NCBI RefSeq assembly: GCF_000012285.1
Contig: NC_007181.1
Coordinates: forward strand, 1,410,001-1,442,000
Source of the DNA: Sulfolobus acidocaldarius DSM 639
GTDB taxonomy: Archaea > Thermoproteota > Thermoprotei_A > Sulfolobales > Sulfolobaceae
Direction: 5' to 3'
Length of the DNA: 32,000 nt
Shown here: positions 20,325 through 29,069 of the stretch, in pieces
Layout: each line of letters begins with the position of its first letter
Numbering within the stretch: position 1 is the stretch's first letter
Translations under genes and position numbers: made by a program
The notes under the pieces: model-generated
What the model saw: the letters and a program-made list of their open reading frames with translations, nothing else
What the model was told of the DNA's origin: nothing
Databases searched by the model: none

Positions 20325-20801
20325 ATGCTTCCCCATCAACACATAAAGCAACTACTTGATAAGGTCTTACGAAATTACTCCATTGATAATATTAGGGAAA
20401 ATGGTTATGATCTTAGGATATGTGGTGAGAAGTACTATGAGGTACTCGGAGACGCAGAACTTCCCAATAAGAGAAGTAGTCTGAGAGAGTTTAGATTTGA
20501 CGACTTTGCAGAATTAAAACCGCTTAAAACTTATTTATTTGAGTCTTGTGAGGAGTTTGACATGCCAAGTGACCTAGCTGTTCTAATAACATTAAAGAGT
20601 ACTATGGCTAGGAACGGGTTCTTAGCACCTCCCACTGTCATTGATGCGGGATACAAGGGGAAAATAGCGATTGCGCTAACTCCAGTTTACAGTACAAAAC
20701 TTAAGAAGGGAATGTCAACTCACCACCTCATCTTTCTCAGATTAGATGAGCCTTCCTCAAAAACATATTCAGGAAAATATCAGGGTGGAGTTATACTGTA
20801 A
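20325..20801 (+). CDS. dut: dUTPase / dCTP-deaminase-family protein (homotrimeric dUTPase fold)
   Basis: 158 aa. ENGYDLRI and [17 protein letters not shown] match the dUTPase/Dcd motifs. The small size favours a dUTPase. Confidence 0.7.
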   Translation: MLPHQHIKQLLDKVLRNYSIDNIRENGYDLRICGEKYYEVLGDAELPNKRSSLREFRFDDFAELKPLKTYLFESCEEFDMPSDLAVLITLKSTMARNGFLAPPTVIDAGYKGKIAIALTPVYSTKLKKGMSTHHLIFLRLDEPSSKTYSGKYQGGVIL

Positions 20802-20818
20802 GAGAATAGTGAATATGT

Positions 20819-21358
20819 TCAGTAAGCCACTTTCACTGTCAACTTAACCTTATACTTTCGTCCAGGCTTAGTTATCTCATACTCAACTTTTACATTATTG
20901 CAGTTATAAACGTTCTTTATCATATCATATCCTAGACTTGTGGTGTCTTTCGTACAGTATTCCCTATTTATTCCGATATTTGAAAGAAATTTATCCACTT
21001 TCTCTTCTACTTCATTTAAAGAGGAAGCGTAAAATTCAGTATTTATCGTATTACCAGATATCGTAGTAGTCGTTATATTGTTTGTGAAGAACATAAGGGA
21101 CAATACGGATACTGCTACACCAGCTATGGTAAACACGATTATGAGTAGAGTGAAGATGTTCCCAAAGAAGGATATCCGTAGAAAATAAACAAGTGAAAGA
21201 TATACTACTGACGAGACAACATCACAGATTGCCAGTGATATTAGCCCTCTCCTAAACTCTCTTTCCAGCATTGCAGTAACGAAACCTAATATAAAAGGTC
21301 CTAATAACGGAATCCACCATACTGCAACTGCTAAGGGTAATTCATACTTTAACTTCAT
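20819..21358 (-). CDS. membrane protein with C-terminal soluble domain, function unknown
   Basis: 179 aa with three or four N-terminal hydrophobic helices. The C-terminal roughly 70 aa are hydrophilic. Confidence 0.5.
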   Translation of the reverse strand: MKLKYELPLAVAVWWIPLLGPFILGFVTAMLEREFRRGLISLAICDVVSSVVYLSLVYFLRISFFGNIFTLLIIVFTIAGVAVSVLSLMFFTNNITTTTISGNTINTEFYASSLNEVEEKVDKFLSNIGINREYCTKDTTSLGYDMIKNVYNCNNVKVEYEITKPGRKYKVKLTVKVAY

Positions 21359-21489
21359 ATGGATTCTTAGTAGTAACTCGCACTTTTTTAAATATGGGTA
21401 TAAATTTTTCTTGGTAAGTTCTATTAGTGTAACGTGGTTAAAGATTTACTTTTAAATTGTAAAACAAAAATGAATGAGGTGATAAACTA

Positions 21490-22317
21490 ATGATCAGGAT
21501 ATTTAATCAGAAGGGGAAATTGTATGAAGGTCCTATATGGGCATATAACTCATTGTACTTCGTTGATATACCCAAGGGAGAATTGCACAATCTGAAAGAA
21601 GATGGCACACATTGGGCTGTAAAATTTCCAACTTATGTTAGTTCATTACAACCTACTAAAAGAGGTGGCATAATAGTCACTGCAGGAAACGGATTTTACT
21701 TAGTAAAAGATAAGGATCAAATCTCCTTATTATATGAGGTTAAAGACTGGGATTCTAGGAACAGGTTTAACGACGGAAAGTGTGATCAGATGGGAAGATA
21801 TTGGATAGGGACAATGAATTTAGAGGAGAAGTATCCTACAGGTGGTCTATTTGTACTTGACCTTGATATGAAATTTAGGAGAGTTTTAACAGATGTTACC
21901 ATATCAAATGGATTAGCGTGGAGCCTAGATAATAAGTATCTGTACTATATTGACTCCCCAACTAGAAAAATATTCAAGTTCAAATTTGACCTGGAGAGAG
22001 GGGACATATCACAGAGGGAGGTTCTTATAGATCTCAAAGAATACGAAGGAGTCCCAGATGGTATGACCATTGATAGTGAGGGAAACTTGTGGGTTGCTTT
22101 ATATGGAGGAGGAGCGGTCTTGAGAATTGATGTGGAAAAGAGAAAGGTAATTCAAGAGCTGAGATTACCTGCCCCAAGGGTCACTTCAGTCATCTTTGGT
22201 GGGAGTAATATGGATACATTATTCATCACAACAGCTAACGATCACCCTGATGGGGGATTTGTTTACTCTGAAAGAGTTGATGTAAAAGGAGTAGAGACCT
22301 ATTATTGCGGATTCTAA
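21490..22317 (+). CDS. SMP-30/gluconolactonase/LRE-family beta-propeller lactonase
   Basis: Family motifs are present: EGPIW, FNDGKCD, SNGLAWS and PDGMTIDSEGNLWVA. Confidence 0.85.
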   Translation: MIRIFNQKGKLYEGPIWAYNSLYFVDIPKGELHNLKEDGTHWAVKFPTYVSSLQPTKRGGIIVTAGNGFYLVKDKDQISLLYEVKDWDSRNRFNDGKCDQMGRYWIGTMNLEEKYPTGGLFVLDLDMKFRRVLTDVTISNGLAWSLDNKYLYYIDSPTRKIFKFKFDLERGDISQREVLIDLKEYEGVPDGMTIDSEGNLWVALYGGGAVLRIDVEKRKVIQELRLPAPRVTSVIFGGSNMDTLFITTANDHPDGGFVYSERVDVKGVETYYCGF

Positions 22318-22437
22318 GAACGTAAAAGTGGCATAAAGTAATATTTCACTTAAGATCTTTGTTTATTAGCCTGTAATGAAGACCGATGAAACAAGATTAA
22401 ACGTGTTTCAGGTCAGAGCATGGTCTGTATTCATCAC

Positions 22438-23241
22438 TTATAGGGTTTTGATAAACTTAGAGATATACTTTAACCTTTCAGATAATGCAGGATGAGTGGA
22501 GAAGATAAAGCCTTTCTTATCATCCCTTAGTATTGTCTCCTTAGCCAGCGTTAGGTCTACCTCGGAGTAGTCCCTGATTATTTCATGAGGTAGAAATCTA
22601 CTCAGATAACCTATTTTAACTAGTGCATTAGCCAGATTTAATGGTATCCAGTTAGTCGTTCTACATGCCTTTATATCAGCGTTTTTCTCTAAAAGCCTAT
22701 GAACAGGGAACAACAAAACTACACCTATAACTAGTTCAGATAATCCTAGTAGTGGGTTGTAATTCGCTATGTAGATGTAGAATGTGTTAACAATTAAAAC
22801 ATATATTAGCTGTATCTCAATATCTCTGTTTTTGATGTGGTGTAACTCATGTAATAGAACAGAAATTAACTCTCTATCGTTAAGTGACTCTAACAACCCC
22901 CTTGTAACTATAACATTGTAAGATAGGAAATTACCTAGTACGAAGGCATTAGGCTTACTAGAGTTTATCTCGTGTAACTTTATCTTCTTCATTTGTACCA
23001 ATGCTAACGCGTATTCGAATTTCCTTAATACGTCCTCATTTTCTACCTTTTTTGACTTTATTACCCTGAGTAATATTCCAGGAGAAATTATATACCACAA
23101 GAAGAGAATAAATATTACTCCGATTATCTCTATGTAGAACAATGGAGGAACTAGAAAGTAGATAGTTAAGATCATTGCAAAGAGAATTATGATGGTTGCT
23201 AGATGATATCTCCACCATAGGTGCATTGTAATTTTTACCAC
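22438..23241 (-). CDS. M48-family (HtpX-like) membrane zinc metallopeptidase
   Basis: HEXXH is present as HELHHIKNRD, with a downstream EKNAD third-ligand motif. Hydrophobic helices flank the catalytic region. Confidence 0.8.
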   Translation of the reverse strand: MVKITMHLWWRYHLATIIILFAMILTIYFLVPPLFYIEIIGVIFILFLWYIISPGILLRVIKSKKVENEDVLRKFEYALALVQMKKIKLHEINSSKPNAFVLGNFLSYNVIVTRGLLESLNDRELISVLLHELHHIKNRDIEIQLIYVLIVNTFYIYIANYNPLLGLSELVIGVVLLFPVHRLLEKNADIKACRTTNWIPLNLANALVKIGYLSRFLPHEIIRDYSEVDLTLAKETILRDDKKGFIFSTHPALSERLKYISKFIKTL

Positions 23242-23403
23242 TCATAAACTTATAAGAGTTAATAAAAAGAAAACACGTATAATCTAGTTTACGTGAAGTT
23301 ACGTGAACTGAAATAGAGGGAGAGTAACACACCATTTTATTCTTCCTGATACAAAGGGTATGTTGATATTATAGCAGAAACTAGGTTCACCCGTCACTAT
23401 TAA

Positions 23404-23449
23404 CGATATGAGGATAGCCTCGCCATTTATGGCCGGGAGGAAGTCAGCT
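23404..23449 (+). repeat. GC-rich conserved element, copy 1 (candidate small RNA or micro-ORF)
   Basis: CGATATGAGGATAGCCTCGCCATTTATGGCCGGGAGGAAGTCAGCT is about 54% GC inside a very AT-rich 498-nt intergenic region. It matches 26199-26241 at 39 of 43 aligned positions with one 3-nt indel (manual alignment). Confidence 0.6.
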
Positions 23450-23739
23450 CAATAACTCTGTAAAGGATTTGGATTAACCACATTAGGGCACGTAGCATTT
23501 ATGTTTAGTTATTCATAACTCTTAAGCTAAGTACTAATTAGAGAAAATATTTTTAGTATGTTAATAAAAATAATATTAGTATTTCGAAAAAGTACACAAT
23601 CTAAAAATAGTTCAGTTGTTCAAGTTTTTTAGTAAAATGTGCTAATATCAGTGTAAAAATAATTTTGCATAATGTTTATTAATATTCTCTGCATTATCTA
23701 CTAGAATTGAGGGATCTCGATATTAGAGAGGTATCAACA

Positions 23740-24384
23740 ATGATAAATGTGAAGAGGGTAGACCTTACTAAGGTTAGTGGTGAGATCAGATTCTTAGTGA
23801 TGAAGACATTACTAACCGCAAAACCCATAGTTGTGTTTAGGACCCATGAAAAAGGTAAAAAAATTATAGTGGAACTTTGTGAGATTTTAGACTTCCCCTA
23901 CAGAGAGGAGTTAGAGGAGGAAAAGGGGATATCGCTAATAGAGATTAAGAGAGAAATGGAGGTCTCTGATGCTATAACTGATAAAGTTAGTGTGATAGCC
24001 AATTTTAGTCCCTCAGGAATAGCCAATAGACTAACGAATCCTTCCATATTACTCTCTTTCATTCCTGAAATTCGAGGTATAAAGGACGTAAGTCCTAGTT
24101 ATTACTTCTTCACCGTGAATTGGCCTAATAAAATAACAGTCCCCTTTGTGTTACATAAGATCAAGGGTTACGGACCTAAATATATTATTAGGTATTTAGG
24201 GTATACTAAGTCATTAACACGTACATTTCTTTTAAAGATTGACTTTACAGTATCCAAAAATTCTAAGGGAAGCAAAATAGAGATGACGGAGAGTTACAAG
24301 GGCTCCTTCATGTTTCTAGCAGACGACAAAATAAAGAAACACATATCTCTATTTAAAGAGAAACTACATAGTATCCTGTTTTAG
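23740..24384 (+). CDS. hypothetical two-domain protein, paralogue A (Cys-less TusA-like N-domain plus SRPBCC/CoxG-like C-domain, tentative)
   Basis: It is a paralogue of 25511..26146, sharing MxNVKxVDLTKV, SFIPE, YIIRYxGY, FLLxIxF, MTExYK and KHxSLFxxKxxSxLF. ATG 23740 aligns with the paralogue's ATG and has GAGGT 8 nt upstream. The track start, TTG 23707, remains possible. Confidence 0.65.
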   Translation: MINVKRVDLTKVSGEIRFLVMKTLLTAKPIVVFRTHEKGKKIIVELCEILDFPYREELEEEKGISLIEIKREMEVSDAITDKVSVIANFSPSGIANRLTNPSILLSFIPEIRGIKDVSPSYYFFTVNWPNKITVPFVLHKIKGYGPKYIIRYLGYTKSLTRTFLLKIDFTVSKNSKGSKIEMTESYKGSFMFLADDKIKKHISLFKEKLHSILF

Positions 24385-24418
24385 CTTTTTATCCATGTTA
24401 ACTCTTATTTAAATAGAG

Positions 24419-25297
24419 TTGACACTTGCAAAGGTTTTTTCGCAAAAATTAAGAGAACTGGGCATATCAAGCATTTACATTGGTCATGAGAGACCATCGT
24501 TACAGTCATTGGCTATCAAGATGCTCCTTAAAAACTACGGACTTGTAGAGGAAAGAAGGGAAGGTATGCTAATAACTCAGGATCATGGTATTAAGTTGAT
24601 CAGTGGCAAGGGAACCGAGACCTCCAGATATACCTTTCGTAAGGGGGGTAAGAAAGTAAGTATTCATTTACCTGAGTATCCTAAGATGGTAATCGATTTG
24701 GGTCTGTTTGAGTTTTTAAACGAGGAGGAAAAGGAAAAGACTTTACTTCAAGTAGACTTGTGTCTAAGTGTAATAAGGAAATTTCTATGGGACGGTAATT
24801 TAACAGTAGTGGGAAAAGCTGATTACGTGTTAGGTAGGGCTAACATTGTTCAAAGTTTGAGTTTAAGTGATGAAGATAACCCAGTTATTCTTGATCCTTA
24901 CGGTGATGTTGTAGCCACAGACCAGATACTGAGGGATCATAACGTTTTTGTAATAGGTGGTATAGTGGACAAGGGAAGAAGGTTAGACAGGGCTACAGAG
25001 AGGTTAGCCTTGAGCAGAGGATATAGCTTTCCAAGGGTAAAGATCCAATTGAGAGGTAGCATAATAGGAGTTCCTGATGAAATAAATAAGATACTTGAAA
25101 TAATTCTGAGGGTAAAAGAATTAGATCAGAGCTTAGAGGAGGCTATAATCTCTCTTCAATCTAAGTCGGATAAAATATCAAGGCTTTTACATGATGTTCA
25201 ACTATATGGAATGGAAGTTCTTGAGGAGGAGGCGAGATGGTTGAGGGCTGATGATAAAGTTATTGAGATAGTGAGAAGTAGACTGGGAAAAAATTGA
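24419..25297 (+). CDS. trm10: tRNA (purine-9 N1)-methyltransferase Trm10 (SPOUT class)
   Basis: 292 aa. The SPOUT/Trm10 core is VFVIGGIVDKGRRLDRATE. The sequence and length match my recollection of crenarchaeal Trm10 (the S. acidocaldarius m1A9 enzyme). It has a TTG start 34 nt after paralogue A, so the two are probably co-transcribed. Confidence 0.85.
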   Translation: MTLAKVFSQKLRELGISSIYIGHERPSLQSLAIKMLLKNYGLVEERREGMLITQDHGIKLISGKGTETSRYTFRKGGKKVSIHLPEYPKMVIDLGLFEFLNEEEKEKTLLQVDLCLSVIRKFLWDGNLTVVGKADYVLGRANIVQSLSLSDEDNPVILDPYGDVVATDQILRDHNVFVIGGIVDKGRRLDRATERLALSRGYSFPRVKIQLRGSIIGVPDEINKILEIILRVKELDQSLEEAIISLQSKSDKISRLLHDVQLYGMEVLEEEARWLRADDKVIEIVRSRLGKN

Positions 25298-25510
25298 TAC
25301 TAATATTTTCGCAAGCTAAGAGCTTTGATGAACACTTTTTAAAACATTTTTGATTGGTCTGCTTTTTATTAAATTATGTGTCAATAAGAAATACTCCTAA
25401 AGACTAGTGAAGAAGGAAATATCTTTAAAAATTAGCAAAACTTATATATCGTCTAATGTATACACTAAATACATAAAAATATCTTCACGAGATTGAAAGG
25501 TGTTCCTTTT

Positions 25511-26146
25511 ATGCTAAATGTGAAAGAGGTTGATCTGACAAAAGTTGATGGTGATAAGAGATTCGCTATACTTTCAGCTTTTTTGACTGTTAGACCAATT
25601 ATTCAGCTTAAAGCTGATGACGACGACAGTATAGTTAGAATATTTGAACTATGTCAGCTACTGAGTTATCCTTTTAAAGAGAGCGTAGGCGAGGACGGTG
25701 TGACCACTTTTGAGATTAGGAGGAAGAAAGATTTACCTAAAGACTTGCCCAGTTCTATGACAGACGTTACTGTACCATTTAAGCCTGAAAAGATTGCGTC
25801 CAAACTGGGAACTCCAACTATTCTCACCAGCTTTATACCTGAGTTAGTAAGTGTAAGAAGAGTAGCCCCAAAGTCATATATGTTTAAGATAAAGACTTAT
25901 GGAGAAATTCCCTTTGTAATTTATAAGGTAAAGACTCCAACCCCACGTTATATTATACGTTATTTTGGCTATGATACCAAGTTGTTCGGTCAGTTCTTGC
26001 TGAGAATTGAGTTCGTAATCTCTAAAGCTAAAGGCGGAAGTAGGGTTGTTATGACCGAAACGTATAAGAGAGCGTTTGGTGCTGAGGGCGCAATAAGAAA
26101 ACATTTGTCACTGTTTAGAGATAAGATGAGTTCAGTTCTTTTCTAA
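25511..26146 (+). CDS. hypothetical two-domain protein, paralogue B of 23740..24384
   Basis: It is roughly 35-40% identical to paralogue A by eye over its full length and has the same architecture. I prefer ATG 25511 from the paralogue alignment; the track start is TTG 25493. Confidence 0.65.
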   Translation: MLNVKEVDLTKVDGDKRFAILSAFLTVRPIIQLKADDDDSIVRIFELCQLLSYPFKESVGEDGVTTFEIRRKKDLPKDLPSSMTDVTVPFKPEKIASKLGTPTILTSFIPELVSVRRVAPKSYMFKIKTYGEIPFVIYKVKTPTPRYIIRYFGYDTKLFGQFLLRIEFVISKAKGGSRVVMTETYKRAFGAEGAIRKHLSLFRDKMSSVLF

Positions 26147-26198
26147 GAGATTTCTGCAGACGTTCTATCCTATGATAAATTCAAAAGCTGAAAATTTA

Positions 26199-26241
26199 CG
26201 ATATGAGGAGAGCCTCGCCATTTGGGGGAAGGAAGTCAGCT
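26199..26241 (+). repeat. GC-rich conserved element, copy 2 (candidate small RNA or micro-ORF)
   Basis: CGATATGAGGAGAGCCTCGCCATTTGGGGGAAGGAAGTCAGCT lies 52 nt downstream of paralogue B. GATAAATT (26174-26181) sits about 25 nt upstream of its ATG (26203). It is locally flanked by the inverted repeat AAGCTGA (26186-26192) / TCAGCTT (26236-26242). Confidence 0.6.
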
Positions 26242-26332
26242 TTCAAAAATATTTAGCAGTTTTCACAAAAATCAACCACTTTGATAAATTTTTGAAAAAA
26301 GCCTTTATAGACTTTATTAACACTTTTAATTT

Positions 26333-28090
26333 ATGCAAAAACCTGAAGAAGCGTATTCCATAAGGGTAATACCAGATGTAAAGATAGTAAATAAAGGTAT
26401 TCTACATACTGAAAATAAAATAGAGGGAGAGGAATACAGGAGTTATATCTTCTTAAACTTTGAAAGGATAACTAACAAAGGGTACGAGGCATCACCTACT
26501 ATTAGAGACGACACATTATACTACGTTAATACAAAAAGAAACTCTCTGGTCATGCAAAAAGAGTTCGGTCAACCCGAGGAGCTCTTCAAGCTGGGCAAGA
26601 TATCAAAGTATACCTTCCATGACAAAGGAATTCTGGTAATAGGTGAGGATAAGACTGACAAAAAATCACCGTTCGTGGCGTCAAAGCTCAAATACCGATT
26701 TGACAGTAGGGGATTATTAAGAAGTAGACTCTCACTCTATTTATTTTCTCACGGCGAACTACGAAAAGTAGTCTCAGGCGATTTTGACGTGACTGATGTG
26801 GCGACAAACGGGAAGAGGATTATTATCTCAGCAACTAAAGAGGGTGACGATTACGGTTTAGGAGACCTTTATGAGGTAGATGTAGAAACTGGTGAACTGA
26901 AGAGGATTACAAAAGGTGAAGGAACTGTAGTTGCAGTTGCCATGAACGAGAAGGGTGAAGTCGCATATCTAGGTCATAGAGAGGGTAAAACACCATGGTC
27001 TACCGCTAAAGTTATTCTGCCTGAGCTAGGGATTACATATCAATGCGGTAAAACCTGTGGTAATCATGTGTTGTCTGATCTATTTGACGGTGTAAAAGAT
27101 AGGCTAATTTTCGAAGGGGATGTTATAGTCTCCCCAGGTCAGGAGGGCGGGGAGGCTCACCTCTATCTGTTATCTGATGGTAAGAGCCAAAAGATGACAG
27201 ACGGTAAAATAGTAGTGAGATCCTTTGACTACAAAGAGGGCAAACTAGTCTACACTTACTCTACACCTGAGAAGCCTGTAGTATTGTACTATGAGGGGCA
27301 AACTTATGACCCCAATCCTGATGTCAAGGGATTATCCCCCCAGAGGGTTGAAGTAAATGGTATTGAAGGATGGGCAATAATCTCTGGAGAGAACAATCCC
27401 ACAATCCTATTCATCCATGGTGGTCCTCACACAGCCTATGGCTATGCTTATTTCATAGAGTTTCAGTATTTCGCTAGAAACGGATATAATGTAATTTACT
27501 CAAATCCCAGGGGAAGCCAAGGTTATGGAGAGGAGTTTGCTAAAGCCTGTGTAGGTGACTGGGGTGGAAAAGACATGAACGACTTGCTACTATTTGTTGA
27601 AGAGGTGAAGAGGAAGTACAATCTCAAGGGCAAAATAGGGGTCACTGGGGGATCTTATGGGGGTTTCATGACAAACTGGCTAGTGACACAGACTAACGTT
27701 TTCTCTGCTGCCATTAGTGAAAGAGGGATATCGAACTTAGTAAGCATGTGTGGTACTAGTGACATAGGTTTTTGGTTCAATGCTGTTGAATCTGGTGTGA
27801 CCGACCCTTGGACTGAGGAATCCCAAATGAAGTTAATGAGAATGTCACCGATATATTACGTAAAGAACGTTAAGACTCCAACAATGCTAATACACGGTGA
27901 AGAGGATTACAGATGTCCCATAGAGCAATCTGAGCAATTCTTTATTGCACTCAAGATGAATGGTGTTGATACAATACTTGTGAGATATCAACAGGACAGC
28001 CATGAACACGCTAGGAGGGGAAAGCCTAAAAATATGAGAGACAGGCTGGAAAGGAAGCTAGAATGGTTCGATAAATATTTAAAGAAATAA
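26333..28090 (+). CDS. S9-family serine peptidase (acylaminoacyl-peptidase / prolyl oligopeptidase type)
   Basis: An N-terminal beta-propeller-like region is followed by an alpha/beta-hydrolase domain. The nucleophile elbow is GGSYGG, with HGEEDYRCP (Asp) and DSHEH (His). CTTTATAG lies 26 nt upstream of the ATG, fitting a leaderless transcript. Confidence 0.9.
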   Translation: MQKPEEAYSIRVIPDVKIVNKGILHTENKIEGEEYRSYIFLNFERITNKGYEASPTIRDDTLYYVNTKRNSLVMQKEFGQPEELFKLGKISKYTFHDKGILVIGEDKTDKKSPFVASKLKYRFDSRGLLRSRLSLYLFSHGELRKVVSGDFDVTDVATNGKRIIISATKEGDDYGLGDLYEVDVETGELKRITKGEGTVVAVAMNEKGEVAYLGHREGKTPWSTAKVILPELGITYQCGKTCGNHVLSDLFDGVKDRLIFEGDVIVSPGQEGGEAHLYLLSDGKSQKMTDGKIVVRSFDYKEGKLVYTYSTPEKPVVLYYEGQTYDPNPDVKGLSPQRVEVNGIEGWAIISGENNPTILFIHGGPHTAYGYAYFIEFQYFARNGYNVIYSNPRGSQGYGEEFAKACVGDWGGKDMNDLLLFVEEVKRKYNLKGKIGVTGGSYGGFMTNWLVTQTNVFSAAISERGISNLVSMCGTSDIGFWFNAVESGVTDPWTEESQMKLMRMSPIYYVKNVKTPTMLIHGEEDYRCPIEQSEQFFIALKMNGVDTILVRYQQDSHEHARRGKPKNMRDRLERKLEWFDKYLKK

Positions 28091-28096
28091 TTTTTT
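28091..28096 (+). terminator. T6 tract immediately after the S9 peptidase stop codon
   Basis: TAATTTTTTG. Oligo-T tracts act as archaeal termination signals. Confidence 0.35.
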
Positions 28097-28538
28097 GTAT
28101 CATGGATCATGTTCTCTAGACAACTGTATAGGTTTTGTACTCTCACTATAGACTAGTAGTAAGCGTAGAAAGATCTATCTACTTATCTCTCAATACCTAA
28201 ATCTGTTTAAAATATAAACGCAATAATCGTAGAACTATATCTACTAATTGTAGCTAAAAGGCTTTAAATATAGTGTTTTTACGTACACTACCTAGAGAGA
28301 TTTGTGGATATTTTTTATAAAATATTTTGTACTAAAAACGATATATCTATAATTATAATAATTACGTTTTATTATGTTTTTAAATATAAAAAGGTATCTA
28401 TAATTATATTTTTAAACGTTTACATTTCTTTATATTCATATCTCTTACAAATTTGTATAGATAATCTTCATCCTTTTCAAAACAATATAGTAAAGTATAA
28501 ATTTGACTTTAACAAAGTTATAATTTGCAAGACCAAGT

Positions 28539-29069
28539 ATGGACAATTCAGTAACCACATTCATACTGGTCATAGCTACAATATTCGTAGGAATAGCTAT
28601 ATTCGGGCTGTTTTCAGCTTACTACGGTATTAATGCAACTCAAATCAATCAAGTAAAGAACATTCAACAAATTGCTTCAGAATTCCAGGTAAGACTGATA
28701 GAGTCTCAAATAAGTAACTCAGAGACAAGCTTCATTGTTATACCTTATATACCTAACTATAAGGGTACGTTATATGTCTCAGGTTTTCTGATTTCTTCTC
28801 AATACGTAAATTCGCAACCAGTAGTTACACCAAATCTTGGTCAGGGATTTATAAACATTAATGGGACTTCACCTGTCTGTAGTGGTCTTGTTAATGTACA
28901 AACTGATTCAGACACAAGCCTATACTATGGTCAGATCTGTTTACAGCAAACTTTTCCAAATGCACCTCAAATAATATACCTTGCTACAGGTCAAAAGGCA
29001 ATATTATGGTTCTTAGTTTTCCAAAATAATCAGTATTACAGAATAGGTTACGTATTGTTATCTGGGTGA
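28539..29069 (+). CDS. small pilin/archaellin-like protein (P1): N-terminal hydrophobic helix plus beta-rich domain
   Basis: The N-terminus is MDNSVTTFILVIATIFVGIAIFGLFSAYYG. The remainder is N/S/T/Q/Y-rich. The C-terminal ILWFLVFQNNQYYRIGY is shared with P3. A stop 18 nt upstream fixes the ATG as the start. Its stop overlaps the next gene's start (GTGA). Confidence 0.6.
   Translation: MDNSVTTFILVIATIFVGIAIFGLFSAYYGINATQINQVKNIQQIASEFQVRLIESQISNSETSFIVIPYIPNYKGTLYVSGFLISSQYVNSQPVVTPNLGQGFININGTSPVCSGLVNVQTDSDTSLYYGQICLQQTFPNAPQIIYLATGQKAILWFLVFQNNQYYRIGYVLLSG

Noticed and set aside
22381-22437. Possible C/D-box sRNA on the minus strand immediately after the M48 peptidase stop (GTGATGA, then 14 nt, then CTGA)
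   Set aside because: Only a C box and one CUGA are present. The spacer is 14 nt rather than about 12. No credible C' box, terminal D box or terminal stem follows within 80 nt.
25324-25380. TTGATGA ... TGATTG, resembling C and C' boxes of a C/D sRNA in the trm10 to paralogue B intergenic region
   Set aside because: No CUGA D or D' boxes occur at the required 12-nt spacing.
23404-26241. Direct repeats at 23404 and 26199 considered as att sites of an integrated element
   Set aside because: There is no integrase, tRNA gene or viral or plasmid gene between or beside them. The enclosed genes include the core tRNA methyltransferase trm10. The repeats are diverged (4 mismatches plus an indel) rather than exact.
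26172-26363. Track ORF of 63 aa
   Set aside because: It spans an intergenic region and runs into the S9 peptidase start in another frame. Its composition is lysine- and asparagine-rich, as expected from AT-rich non-coding DNA. The conserved element inside it is conserved in a different frame.
28304-28633. Track ORF of 109 aa
   Set aside because: It is a low-complexity I/K/Y/F/N translation of the AT-rich spacer. It overlaps the well-supported pilin-like gene start at 28539 out of frame.
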